From Paragordius varius (taxonomy: Eukaryota; Animalia; Nematomorpha): a stretch of 64,000 nt of DNA. Each line of letters starts with the position of its first letter. The first letter of the stretch is position 1. This document shows positions 15,343 through 27,634 of the stretch, piece by piece. A model generated the notes under the pieces. That model was not told the DNA's origin and did not search any database. It saw only the letters and a program-made list of their open reading frames with translations. The translations under genes were made by a program, and so were the position numbers. The stretch spans positions 6,138,001 through 6,202,000 of the forward strand of contig OZ176051.1 of assembly GCA_964247055.1 (NCBI GenBank). The letters are read 5' to 3'.

Positions 15343-18300
15343 TAAGGTGACCAGATTTTTTGAAGGAAAAAGCGGGACAAATCCGAGTACAACCAAAAAT
15401 TTTTATACAAAAAATTTATTGTAATATTTATTCATTAACACAAATACATTATTAATATAAAAAAATTTGTACCTTACCGGTAGTTTGTACTTTATTCAAT
15501 AAATTTACATGTGCACGAACAAAGGGTGAAGTGATTGTAATATTCTAGAAAAAAAATAATAAAAGACGAAATCATCACAAAGAGCGCTGGGTGATGTAAG
15601 AAGCGGCACAAAAAATATTTTTAACAATTTAGCGAATAATCTTAATCAAAACATTATTGGCAGATACACAACGCTATTCAAACATCTACTGATTTGTTAC
15701 CCCTGGATGTGGAAAATATAGATGTTAAAATGCTTGGATATTGTAGAACTGTTGGTTAGCTCTTTTGCCAGCGATTGAAATATTTATAAAAATGTCTTAT
15801 CCTATTTTATCACAGGACAAGGTCAAAATTCCAAGTCAAAAAAGATTAGAAAATAATTTTATACCATTACCTAATCGCAATATCATAAAGCATCCAGAAA
15901 AACAAGGCTTAATGAATAGCCAGAATATAAAAATGTTTTATACAAACAGAAACGATTATTTGGAAGACAAGACGGTCCACAATGACAATTTTTTATGAAG
16001 TCTCATTATTAAATAAATATATTGAATGAAAACTTAATAATGGACAACAAAAAAAATACGTAGGATAGAAATGGTTAAAATAATCCAAATTATGTTCCAT
16101 ACAATAATATTTTAATTGTAGAATTTGCCTTATCTTTACCTGAACCCCTACTATCGAACGCGTTTTTTCACAGATTAAGTAAGGACACGGAATCAAATTT
16201 AAATGTTAAATAGAAGCCATTTAATGTGTTCAAATATAATTTGACAAATTATGAAGACTTATACAATATTTTAAGTAATTTTGTTTATTTTTTAACATAT
16301 TACTTTATAAATATAAGAAAATATTTTATTCTTTGGTATATTTTTTGTTTGAGTGAATGCGTTTTAGCAGATTGTCATCATTTTTTAAAATATTGTAGAA
16401 GTCTCTACAAGAATTTGACAAATTATATTTGACAGATAAAACGGCCTTAAAGTTTCAACATTTAAATTTGATTTTTTCGATGTCCCCACCTGATTTACTG
16501 TAGAAAAAACGCGCTCAGTAGCAGCGTTGGCTCAGGGTAAAGATAGTGCGAATTCCACAATTTTAAAATATTATTGTATATATAGTTGGCTTCAAAATGG
16601 TGAATTATTTCCAACCATTTCTTTTCTACTGTATATTTTTCTTTTGTCCATAAAAGTTTTTCATTATCAATTATCTGATACTTCAGAAAAAAGATCATTT
16701 TCTGAAAGATTACTTTTTAAAAATTTTTTGGGAGCAGATATAATCAAATGAATTTGAACATCGCACCAATTAAATTCTGATTTTAATGTTCAATGAAAAT
16801 GATCAATTTCATTAAATTGCGTCGTCCAGTCTTATAATCTTTACAGTTTGTATAAAACATTTTTATATGGTACAGGATATTTTGGCGATTTATTAAGCCT
16901 TGTTTTTCTAAATTATTTATTATATTGCGGATTAATGGTATAAAGTTACTTTCTAACCGTTCTTGACATTGGTAGGTTACTAACTTCATTGGCTAATTCG
17001 ATCGCCTAAATTTTGTCAACTTCTATAAATTTAATAACCCTTTGAAATAGCGAAGCTTGATTATGTATTTTGACCATATTTTTGAAGAATAACTTTCAAA
17101 AAATTTTTTTAAGTTGTAGGACATTTGTCTTATGATAAAAAAAGATTTTAAAGGATCATACATTTTTAAAATTCTTTCGATAGATGGCATAAAAGTCAAC
17201 CAACGAGTTTTACAATATCCAAGCATTTTTTGATATTGAACTTCTGCATTTTCACGGAATTCTTTAACCGTATCAACAAACATTGTGTATATATAAAAGT
17301 AGGAATATATTTTAACAACTACATTTTCCACATCTAGGTGTAACAAATCAGCAGCTGTTTGAATAGCGTTGTGTATTATATGCGCTGCACACCCAATGCC
17401 AATAATGTTTTAATTAAGATTATCTGCTAATTATGAATATTATTCGTCCCCTCCTAGTTTTTCCATCGAAGTTCATATTGGTGTTGTCAGCGCAATATGA
17501 GATAATTTTGTCTTTTAAATTATTTTTTTTCTAGGCATTATTAAAGTAAATATATTTCGGAATTTTCACCGGGTAGAGAAATTAAATCTAAAATTTTAAT
17601 TTTTACTCCGGTTTCTGAATCAAAATATCTTATTAAAGTGGGAAATAATTTTGTTTCATGATGATTTGATGCATCAGAGTATAGTAATAAGAAATTAATT
17701 TTCAGCAAATTTTTTTGTATTTCAGAAAATGCATGTGGCGAAAGGACATTGCACACAATTGATTCAGCCTTGGTACGGGCCCATGTAAATTTTTTATGGA
17801 ATAACTTGCGAATAACCTGTTAGGTACAGTCCATAGATCTAAAGGAATGATTGATTAACAGGTGAAAAGATACGCCCTCAGCTAGTGCCGAATTCTTTTC
17901 TTCCTCTCCAAAAGCGGTTTTTCGAAAAAAAATCGCTCATTTTGTAAGATCATGCCACCATATCTAAACTTTTTGTATGTTTCTGTGTTTTCATATGCTT
18001 TGTAGCATCATGCTTGCCGCCATGTGCTAGGGTGAATTCCCCCTCGCATATAGGACATTTAACAAATGATTCATCGTTTTTTTGATAAAAGGAAAATCTT
18101 TCATTAATTCATCGTTGAATTTACAACCTCTTTTTGTGCTCATATTTATAAACTACTATTAGTATAATAAATATTATATTACCTTAATTTTCTGGAATAA
18201 ACGTGTAAACCGATTTGTGGTATCAATTTGTCTTTTAAGCTACCGATTTGTGGTATTAATTTGGCTTTTTAATAATGTTGGCAAGTAATAAAACTAAAAT

Positions 18301-18683
18301 ATTAGCATAATAAATATTATATTACCTTAATTTTCTGGAATTAACGTGTAAGGTACCGATTTGTGGTATCAATATGTCTTTTAATCTAGAGATTCGTGGT
18401 CCTAACTTGGCTTTTTGATAATGATGACAGTAGTAGTAGGAAGGAAAGTGTATAATCATATGATATAAATTCGAAAAAAATAAATATTTTTTATTTAAAA
18501 TAAAAAATTTTAATTTAAAATTGAATAGATTTTAAAGATATTTAATGATAAAAAATTTAAACGGATAAAAAAAATTATTTGTATTGAAAAAAATTTTTTT
18601 TAGATAATCGTGAAAAAGCGGGAAATTTTAAAAACGTAGCGGGACGCGGGACAAAGTGTGAAAAAGCGGGACTGGTCACCTTA
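15343..18683 (-). mobile_element. hAT (Blackjack-like) DNA transposon with decayed transposase
   Basis: TIR TAAGGTGACCAG / CTGGTCACCTTA, perfect TSD GGTATACC (15335-15342, 18684-18691), subterminal GCGGGAC repeats. Transposase fragments SDASNH..KLFP..IRYF (17541-17756) and KTRWL (17023-17346). Confidence 0.92.
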
Positions 18684-19227
18684 GGTATACCATGCCCTGA
18701 ATCGGGATATAAAAAATAAACAATATTTGTTTTGGAATTGGCTCTATAATATCAATCATTTAATTTAAAGAAATTTAACATAATGGGTGGCATTGGGCAA
18801 ACAATATATATAATTTTGAAAGAAAATTAACACAAAACTAGCAATATCTTATCCTTATAGCTGACACTTTAATGATTAGAAAATATTAGGTAGGTATGAG
18901 TGATATGTCTGAGGTTAAGAAAGGTAGACTCTAGATCTAGAAGTACAAGTATAATAAATTAGGATGTGAAACAGTTGGTTCTTTATGTGAGCGCCACGAG
19001 AATTTTGGAATGCAAAATTTGCAAAAATATGTTCAAAAATCTTTGTAAAATAAAAAATTGTTATATTATGTCTGTGCTTTGCAGTTTTATGTCTAAAACC
19101 TAATAAATTATTTATGCATACCCATATATATTTCGAATGCGCGCTAGTTTTTTTAGTCTAAAACGGAATGAACTCCTTTATTTAAACTATAACAACAATT
19201 CGATAGTTTTTGGGTACTTCGAGTTAA

Positions 19228-19779
19228 CACTTGGATACAACACACTCATTTTAGTCCTTCGATTCAAATTGGGGTAGTTGGATACCCCAGGCCTGTTTGA
19301 AATTAAATACTATAAAAAGTATGGAAGGAATCAAATCATGGCAAAATTTTGTACTTATATAACATTAATAAACCGAAATATATAATTTTTTTTAAAAAAA
19401 ATAACTTATTTTTAGCTAAAACTGAAAGCAAAGATTTCGTCAGTGACATATGTGAAATATTAAAATTAAAAAATAATACAAAAAAACCGGGTTATTTTAA
19501 TTTTATCATTAGATGTAATTTATTTTAAAATTTAACTTATACCCTCAAAACTGAATGAACTCGATATTTACAATTTTGTAAAATAGAAATGGCGTCGAAA
19601 TAGTTTGACATGAAACTTTCTTTTTAAAACAAAATTTTCTTAAGATATTTTGGCATATTTATATAATTTTTATTTGGATAGAAGCATAATTTAAATTAAC
19701 CGTTTCCTTCAGTATTTTTTTGAAAATATTAATTTAAATTTAGTGTGGGGTATTTAGATACCCCAATTAGAATCGAAGG
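19228..19779. mobile_element. TTAA-flanked (piggyBac-like) MITE
   Basis: TTAA at 19224-19227 and 19780-19783. Inverted TTCGATT...AATTGGGGTA motifs near both ends. A homologous copy lies at 45547-46116. Confidence 0.75.
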
Positions 19780-19893
19780 TTAATGTGTAAAAATAAATTC
19801 AATAAATCAATTTCAATTATGATTGTATAAAATTACAAAAAAAATTTTTTTTTATATAGTATTCTTAAATGATCTGATGAAAATAAAATATAT

Positions 19894-19900
19894 AAAAAAA
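19894..19900 (-). terminator. RNA polymerase III oligo-T terminator of tRNA-Gln
   Basis: T7 run on the minus strand 1 nt after the tRNA 3' end. Confidence 0.8.
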
Positions 19901-19901
19901 C

Positions 19902-19973
19902 AGGTCCCACCGAGATTCGAACTCGGATTGTTGGATTCAGAGTCCAAAGTGCTAGCCATTACACCATGGGACC
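19902..19973 (-). tRNA. tRNA-Gln (anticodon CTG), intronless
   Basis: GGTCCCA/TGGGACC acceptor stem; anticodon arm TTGGA-CTCTGAA-TCCAA; T arm CCGAG-TTCGAAT-CTCGG (B box); A-box-like TGGTGTAATGG; 72 nt. Confidence 0.97.
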
Positions 19974-20056
19974 AATGTCAGGTTATTGCTATTTTTTTGT
20001 TTATATATTTTACTTCTTTTGTTGCCCCCAACATCATGCCTGCCTATGGATAGGTA

Positions 20057-23000
20057 ATAATAATTACATTATATGATATCACTCTTTCGAGCGGTCATAT
20101 TCGTAAACTATTTCGCCATAGAACCTTGTCTAAGGCGTCTTCGCGTTTTAGGTTCAGTTTTGCCATGTCCCTCTTAACTGTATCTATCCATCGCGTTTTA
20201 GGGCGCCCTTTTCCCCTCTTGCCTTTTACAATATAATCATCAATCATTTTACCAATGTAATTTATATCTCTTCTTTCAACATGTCCAAACCATCTTAAAC
20301 GATTTACCATCATCTTTTGCGTTACCGATTTGATTTCCGTACTTCCTCTTATGTAGACATTGTTCACCTTGTCATTCCTCGTTACACCGCACATCAATCT
20401 AAGCATTTTCATTTCAGTAACCTCAAAGTGTCTCTCTTCTGATTTCTTTATTGCCCATGTCTGTGAGTTGTACATCATTGTTGGTTGTTGTACAACAGCA
20501 CTGTAAATCTTACCCTTTACTTTTAGGTCAATATTTTTGTCGCACAAAACACTTGAGATCTTTTTATAATTTGCCCAACTATTTTGAATTCTTAAATTAA
20601 TATCAAGTGTTAAAGAACCATCAGCTGCTAATATCGCTCCTAAATATTTGCATTCTTCCTAACCTTTAAATACCCACCCTTCTTCTAATTCTATTTCTCG
20701 TTTTTTCCCGCCAAAATTTATCAGTTCCGTTTTCTTTTTGTTAACTTTTAATCCGCATCGTCGTAACACATCAATCCATTTACCCACCGATTCTTTTAAT
20801 TCATGCAACTCGTCGGACAGCACTATTAGGTCGTCTGCATAAAGAAAATACCAGCCATCGTGTTGTCCTACTTCTTTTGAAATTTCGTCCATGCATATTA
20901 TAAATAATAACGGGCTGATTGCAGACCCCTGATAGACCCCTTCGTTTATTTTAATAGGACCTGATATTCCCTGGTGTGTTTTAATTTTCGTTTGGTGTGA
21001 TTTATACATGCTTTTTAAAATCTTTATGTAACTTTCAGGGACCTTTTTTCGTCTTAAGCTCCACCATATTGTGCTCCGAGGTATTCTGTCAAATGCCTTT
21101 TCAATATCAATACAAATACCATGCAACTCATTTTTCATTTCTAAATGCTTCTCGATTAGCCTTCTTACTGCGTGAATTGGATCAATGGTGGATTTTCCTG
21201 GAATAAAACCAAATTGATTACCCTCTATACTAACCATTTTTCTTATTTTTTTCTCTAGTACTTTCTCAAATAACTTCATTGTATGCGACATCAATCTTAT
21301 CCATCTGTAATTATTACAATCATTAATATCTCCTTTACCCTTGAAAATAAGAACAGTGAAACTCTCCTTCCATTCGGTTGGTATCATACCTGTAGTAACT
21401 ACATTATTAAAAATATCCGCTAAAAATTCAATACCTTTCTCTGACAATATTTTCCAACAGTTTATATTAATATCGTCTGGACCTGCAGCCTTATTTATTG
21501 ACATCTCTTCTAAACCAGCCTGGACTTCTTCTTTTGTTATACTTTCAATATGCGCAGATTTATAATCTGGTGTTTCGGGTAAACTTGTTTCACTGACGCC
21601 CAATTCAAGATCCTGGAAATATTCTTTCCACCTTTTCAATATTTTCGCTTCCTCAACGAGTAATTTGCCTTTTTTTATCTTTAATAGCTGTCGCGTAAGG
21701 AGGCAAGTCCAGCTTTCTTCTGTGTCTTTGTCGAGCAATTTTAAAAACTTTGTTTAGACCTTGCTTACTGTTCAACTCTTCATATAATGATGCCGTCTTT
21801 TCTTTTTTGACCAATCTTACAAGCCTTTTAAGTTCCTTATTAATCCTTTTATATTTTTCCTTGTCTTCTGCTTGGTGGGTGAACCTCCACATTTTAAAAG
21901 CTTCTCTTTTCTCTCGCGATTTCAGAATTATTTTTTCGTCTTTCAGCCATGCCTCTCTATAAACCTGGTTTCTGCCACCTTTCATTCCGCATACCTTAAC
22001 TCCCGCCTCTCTTATTTTTTTGCCACCTGAGACCAAACACTTTCTGGATCACTGTTCCTGTCTAGTATGCCTACCGCTTCTACAAATCTTTCTTTACTGT
22101 TTCTTAGAGAATCCCATTTAATTACCTTCGGCGCTATAAGCTTAGGCTTTTTGGCATTTATTGGTATATCTGTCATATATTTACACATATTTAAATTGTG
22201 TTGTGTGCTAATCTGCAAGTTAGGTATCACTTTGCAGTCCAAAAACAAACTTTAAAGACTTTCGTGGCACTAGAGTATAATCAATTTGTGACTTCTTATT
22301 TCCACTTTCGTAGGTAATTAAGTGGCTATCCCTTTTCGTAAAAAAAAGTATTTGTTATAGCAAAGTTATAAGATTGGGCAAATCTTAATAAACTAGCCCC
22401 TTCTTCATTTATAACCCCGTAACCTTTTCCGCCGTGCCAAGGCTTAAAACCTCTCCTATTTTGTCCCATGTGCCCGTTGAAGTCACCACAAAATATAATT
22501 TCTCTGTCTTTCGTTAATGAAGTCATTTCTGCGTCTAACAAATCATAGAATTTATCTTTCGCTGGTTTAGTTAAACCTATCTGGGGGGCATAAACGCTAA
22601 ATATAGTAAAAACCCTCTTATTTATCAATAGGTCGACACTTATGATTCTACTGTCAGCACGTCTAACCTCAATTACTTGATTGGCAAATCTTGGGCACAC
22701 TATTATGGCAACCACAGAGTAACCATCCGTAGAACCTGAATAAAACATTTTATAATTACCCTCTAACGTCTTAGTACCATTTCCACGGTATCTGGTCTCC
22801 TGAATGCACAAAAAATTTACATTTTTTACCCTCATAGTTTCAACTAAATCATATAACTTACTTTTTAACGAACCAACATTTATACTGGCAAAACACATTC
22901 TACAACCTTCCTTATCCCTATTGGCCCCTACCTCCGTGCAGCGACTGGCCGGGTCTGGCCTGCACGCCTTACAAAAAACACTCATAAAAAACAAAAATAC

Positions 23001-23326
23001 AATAAAGAAGAATAATATAGATAATAAACACTAAGATATATAGTAACTAATATGTAAAGCAACTAAAAAAGAATCAAAAATTTTAACCAAAAATATTATA
23101 ATTATAATAATAATGTAAAAAAGAATCAAAAATTTTAACCAAAATATAATGATAATAATAATAATTTAAAAAAAAATACATAAATATATATCAATTAGTA
23201 AAAATGAAGTAAAATATAATACGAATCCTATTGAATTGGAATATTTTACTAAGGTAGTTTCGTGCATTTTTTGAATGAATGAGGAAAAACTGATAAAGAT
23301 AGAATAAACTTGGAAAATAAATAGAT
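20057..23326 (-). mobile_element. Full-length RTE-clade non-LTR retrotransposon (second, distinct family), several frameshifts
   Basis: APE endonuclease 22326-22994 (ASINVGSL, IQETR, YAPQ, GDFNGH); RT 20659-21738 (QGSAISPLLF, YADD); RTE C-terminus GRPKTRW 20095-20547; (TAT)n-like tail. Perfect 17-bp TSD CTGCCTATGGATAGGTA at 20040-20056 and 23327-23343. Confidence 0.95.
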
Positions 23327-23957
23327 CTGCCTATGGATAGGTACAAGCCGTAATATGCCTTCCAAATGCGCTGCGCTATCCTGTCAAAGCACAAAATTCG
23401 TTGGCAATAAATCTACGTTTTTCAGTTTTAGAATCAGCACCCCATCAAACTAAACGACTTTTAGAGGGATTTGTCTTGAAATTTATTGCTTCTCCAAAAT
23501 AATTCTTCCCACAATATAATTAATAAAGCGAGCGAATATTTGGCCGTTCATATATCTAATATTTTATTTATAGTTTATTAAAACGGAATGTCTGATAAAA
23601 GTGAATTTTTTATCTTAATATAATTTCGTTGAAGGTTTGCTATCCGGCTTTCCGACAACCTTATACGCCTTTGATAAAGAGACTAGTAAGCTGATGGATA
23701 CGGGCAGCAGATTGTGTTTTTATAGAGACCGGGGTGAACTCCATAATAGCTCACGGGAAAAAAAGGTTGACCATCCCTGATATATTGAAATTCAACATTT
23801 TATAGTGCGTTTAGAGTAGGATTAGTTAATTAACTTGCTGGATAATTATATAATTGGGTATACGTTTTTTCACCCAAAAAGTTATATTGTTACAAAAATA
23901 ATTGGGTGCCTTAAAACTTTACTATTCTTTTTTATGGGTTTTTCAGAGGCTTAAAAT

Positions 23958-25527
23958 TAATGTGACCAGATATTTAGAACCCTGGAGCAATACAAAATCA
24001 AAACATACTTTGCCTATTTTTTACACTAGATTTTCGGTGTGTTATATTAGATGATATTGTTCGTTACTATTTATAAGCTCATTAAAAACAATTAAAATAT
24101 CCAACAATAAATTTATTAAAATCTCAATATAAATTTTTGTAAATATGGATATATAATATTATAATGGCATGTTATGTTTTAAAAAAGATAATTGTCAAAA
24201 ACAATGTTACCAAATATATAACAAAAATAAGGGTAAATTTATCTAATTTATATGATGTTGCTGGATATGAAAGTTCTGTTCCATAGCTTTTTGATAAAAG
24301 TGACTATTTGACAGCAGGTAAAACTATGCGTTGATGAAAAAATATAAATGAATGGATTGAAGATTATTTAAATGCTGACTACAGTCTAAAATTTAAAAAT
24401 AAATTAAATAGTTCTGACTCTACCCAATCAATGGTATATGACATGGCATATAATTAATAAATAATTATTTTTTTATAATAATAATATTTAAAAATAAATT
24501 ATATATATTTTTCAAGTTTATGTATTTGTCCCAATAATTTATTATTTTGCAAAAATTTCACAATTTTCTTCTGTATTATGTTTGACTATTACAATTACAT
24601 TCAAGGTTATTGTGAGTTTTTTTTTCCATAGTCCATATTTTGCTAATAAGAAAAAAATACATATGGTAAAAAATATTATGGTACCTGTGTTTTGAATCGT
24701 TGCATCGTTTTATAAATTAATTGTCCTTTTGATGGTTGCTATTAAATTTGTTGTAGCGCCTCATTAAGGCACGGAAAAGAAAATTAAAATGAAAAGAATT
24801 GAAAAAAAATATATGTGAGTGTGTGGGTGCCAAAATTAAAATAGGTCTATAAATTTGTTTATGCAGAAAAGAATGAAAAGAAAACTGGCTACAAATTAAA
24901 GTTTGGGGAAGCAAATAATTAAGGAACATACCACTCACCTAAAACATCAAATATTTTTTTCATACGAAAAAAGGTTATATCAAGCCAAATATAATAAATT
25001 TTAAAAATAAAATGTTACGGAAATAATCTTAAAAATTTTCCGTTTATAATTATAATTAAAGTACTCAAACAAATTTAATTTAGCTGAAACATATATGAAA
25101 CAAAAACGAATTTTTAAAAGATCAAATTATCAAAATATTAATTATTGTTTATTTTTTGAGGTCGCTTTTGCGGAAGCCCTGAGTGAAAAATTGCCCCTAA
25201 TCTGGAGTCTGATATCCGCCACTGAGCGACTGGCGGCTTTCATAAGCGATTTGACCGGTTTAAAACCAAATCCATGTATAATTAGAGCAGAAAATATAAT
25301 ATTAAAATTAAAAAAGGCCATAGTTTTTTACCGCAAAAGAATTTATTTTTTATTTTAAGAAAGGGTATATTAAATTCTACAAAAAAATTGTATAAATAAA
25401 AGGTAATTAAGACATATTTATAAAAATTCATTTCTCAAAGCAGTACAAATGTTAGCGCAGTACAGGCGCGGTTTTTTTTCGAAAATCCAGTACTGTACTG
25501 CGAAAAACAGCCTATCTGGTCACTTTG
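23958..25527. mobile_element. Non-autonomous hAT element, same family as 10620-12327, opposite orientation
   Basis: TIRs TAATGTGACCAGAT / ATCTGGTCACTTTG. Perfect TSD CTTAAAAT (23950-23957, 25528-25535). Shares subterminal CAGTACAGTACTG and internal CACTCAGGGCTTCCGCAA blocks with the 10620 copy. Confidence 0.88.
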
Positions 25528-27002
25528 CTTAAAATTGTAATATATTCTAAATTTATTTTGGGTATTTTAATCATTAAATTTTTATTATGTATTTACACAA
25601 AATATTTTTGGCAATTTATATGGTTTAAATATTATTAACATTTCGATTTGGGGTAATAATACCCTAAAATCGTTATAAAATTTGAAAACTTTAGTCTCAA
25701 TTTAATTTATCCTTTAATCTTAAGAATAATTTCACATTTCGATACAGGGGCATTGGATAGGCGAGCTCTTTAAACTGATGATTCAATAATTCCAAAGCGA
25801 GCGATCCACATTTAAATTTAAGCTTTTATCTTAAAGTAATCTAAAATTATATTATCGAGATAAATTTTAAGAAATATTTTCACATAAATAATTTCGACGC
25901 TATTTCTATCTCAAAACTTACAGTTTTTTGGATTCTGCAGCTTAATTTATGCATTAAACAATATTGAGACAGAATAAAAAAAATTGATTAAATGAACTTT
26001 GAGTCATTTTAAATAAATTTTCTTCATATTCTGATGCATCAATAATGTTAAAATGCAAATGCGTATTTAATAAAATACTAGATTATAACTGACCTATACG
26101 ACGACGTCATTTCGTATCGATTAGATGATACCGTTGATTATAAAAAGGTGAAAATAAATATATACCCGTTAAAAAAAGTGGCGCAGCTGGTCAGGTTTTA
26201 CAAATTTTAAAATAAAACCGAGATGGCTGTTATTACCGGAAGCGAGGTCGTCCTTGATCAAGTGGGGACAGAGCTTCCATAAAATTTAACGATTCCGAAA
26301 CGGGTTGCATTTTGGTTTCTGACTATTCATTTTATGATTTTCCTGCAACATTTTTAGTCTTATATATCAAAACATAATTAATTTATTTTAAAAATCAATA
26401 ACCAAGTGTAGAAGTGCAATGGTAATAAAAAGAGTGTATTTGTATTACAATCGAATCTATAATATGATTGTACCAATCAATCCCGTCGTCAGACTACTTA
26501 TCACATATGAAAATATATTAATTGTAAAAAGTTTCTTTCTATGTTGGCCATAATATGCACCGCAAATGTAACCTTATATGAAAAAATTTAAATATTTTAA
26601 ATCCGTGGCCAAATCTTGAAGGCCTAATGAGGCCCGTGGGGCTCAGTTTAAGTACCATTGATATATAATGCTGCCTTTTGTTATGGGTAATTGATTGTGT
26701 AAACCGTAGATTATTGTTTTTTACCAGATTCATTGATGAATAAGGTAAATGTTTATAATCTATAGACAAAAAATCTCGTAATTAATTATGTGTCTGGTTC
26801 TAATATAAGGTAAGTTTTTTGAAAAAATTGTCGACATGGTAATTCTATTTCTTAAATGATAGAATAAAATGTTATTTAAAGATCAATTAAAAAACGAGGC
26901 TACTTGTTAATCATTGTAATCGGGGACATTGGAGCCGCTGATATTTGAACAGGGCTAATCACCAGCCTAGGCATTTATTTGAGCCGGATATTTTGCTCTG
27001 AG

Positions 27003-27634
27003 TAGGGTTGTGCTGACCAAGTCATGACATGGTCAATCGACCGGGTTATGACCAGGTCATTTGACCATGGTCATTAAAAAACAGCTGTTTCATGCTGGTA
27101 AATTTTTTTGGAAGAGAAATGGTAAGATTTTATTGTTTCTTAATATATTTTTTAAATATAAATTAAATATTTAAATATGCTTATTTAACAATAAAAATTA
27201 CATCATCCTAACATTAGCATTTTAGCATAATCAAGTACTTTGCAAAATTATGCAATTATATATATGTGATTCAAAAAAATGAAAGAACATTTTGTAATTG
27301 GATATTTCAATGATGAAAGAAAGTGTAAAACAAACTAGATAAAATTATTTGAAATATCAGTATTAAAAGCTATGTATATAAAGATTCAGAAGTCCACAAA
27401 CTGTGGCAAAATTTATTTAAAAACAGAATTTTTGATTAAATTTGATTGAAAATATTTGTAAATAATAATTATAAAAAAATGTATAATAAAAATTTTGAGA
27501 AAAAACATGACAGAACAGTATTTTCACAATCCAATAACTTAAGTAAAAAGTCGTGATGACCGTGGTCATATCATGACCATGGTCTGACTGGGTCTGTTCG
27601 GACTTTTTCGAAAAAGCAGTTAAATGCAACCCTA
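27003..27634. mobile_element. hAT-type MITE present only in duplication unit 1
   Basis: TIR TAGGGTTG / CAACCCTA, degenerate 8-bp TSD GCTCTGAG / GCTTTGAC, repeated GACCATGGTC subterminal palindromes. Empty site GTTCTGAC in unit 2 near 35606. Confidence 0.8.

Noticed and set aside
18165-18425. About 133-bp tandem duplication; similar short duplications at 23066-23160 and 30080-30140
   Set aside because: Ordinary local duplications inside TE termini/UTR or at a deletion junction; no independent function evident.
20997-23034. Plus-strand ORFs within the second LINE (also 6616-6801 and 61888-62112)
   Set aside because: Antisense shadows of real coding sequence.
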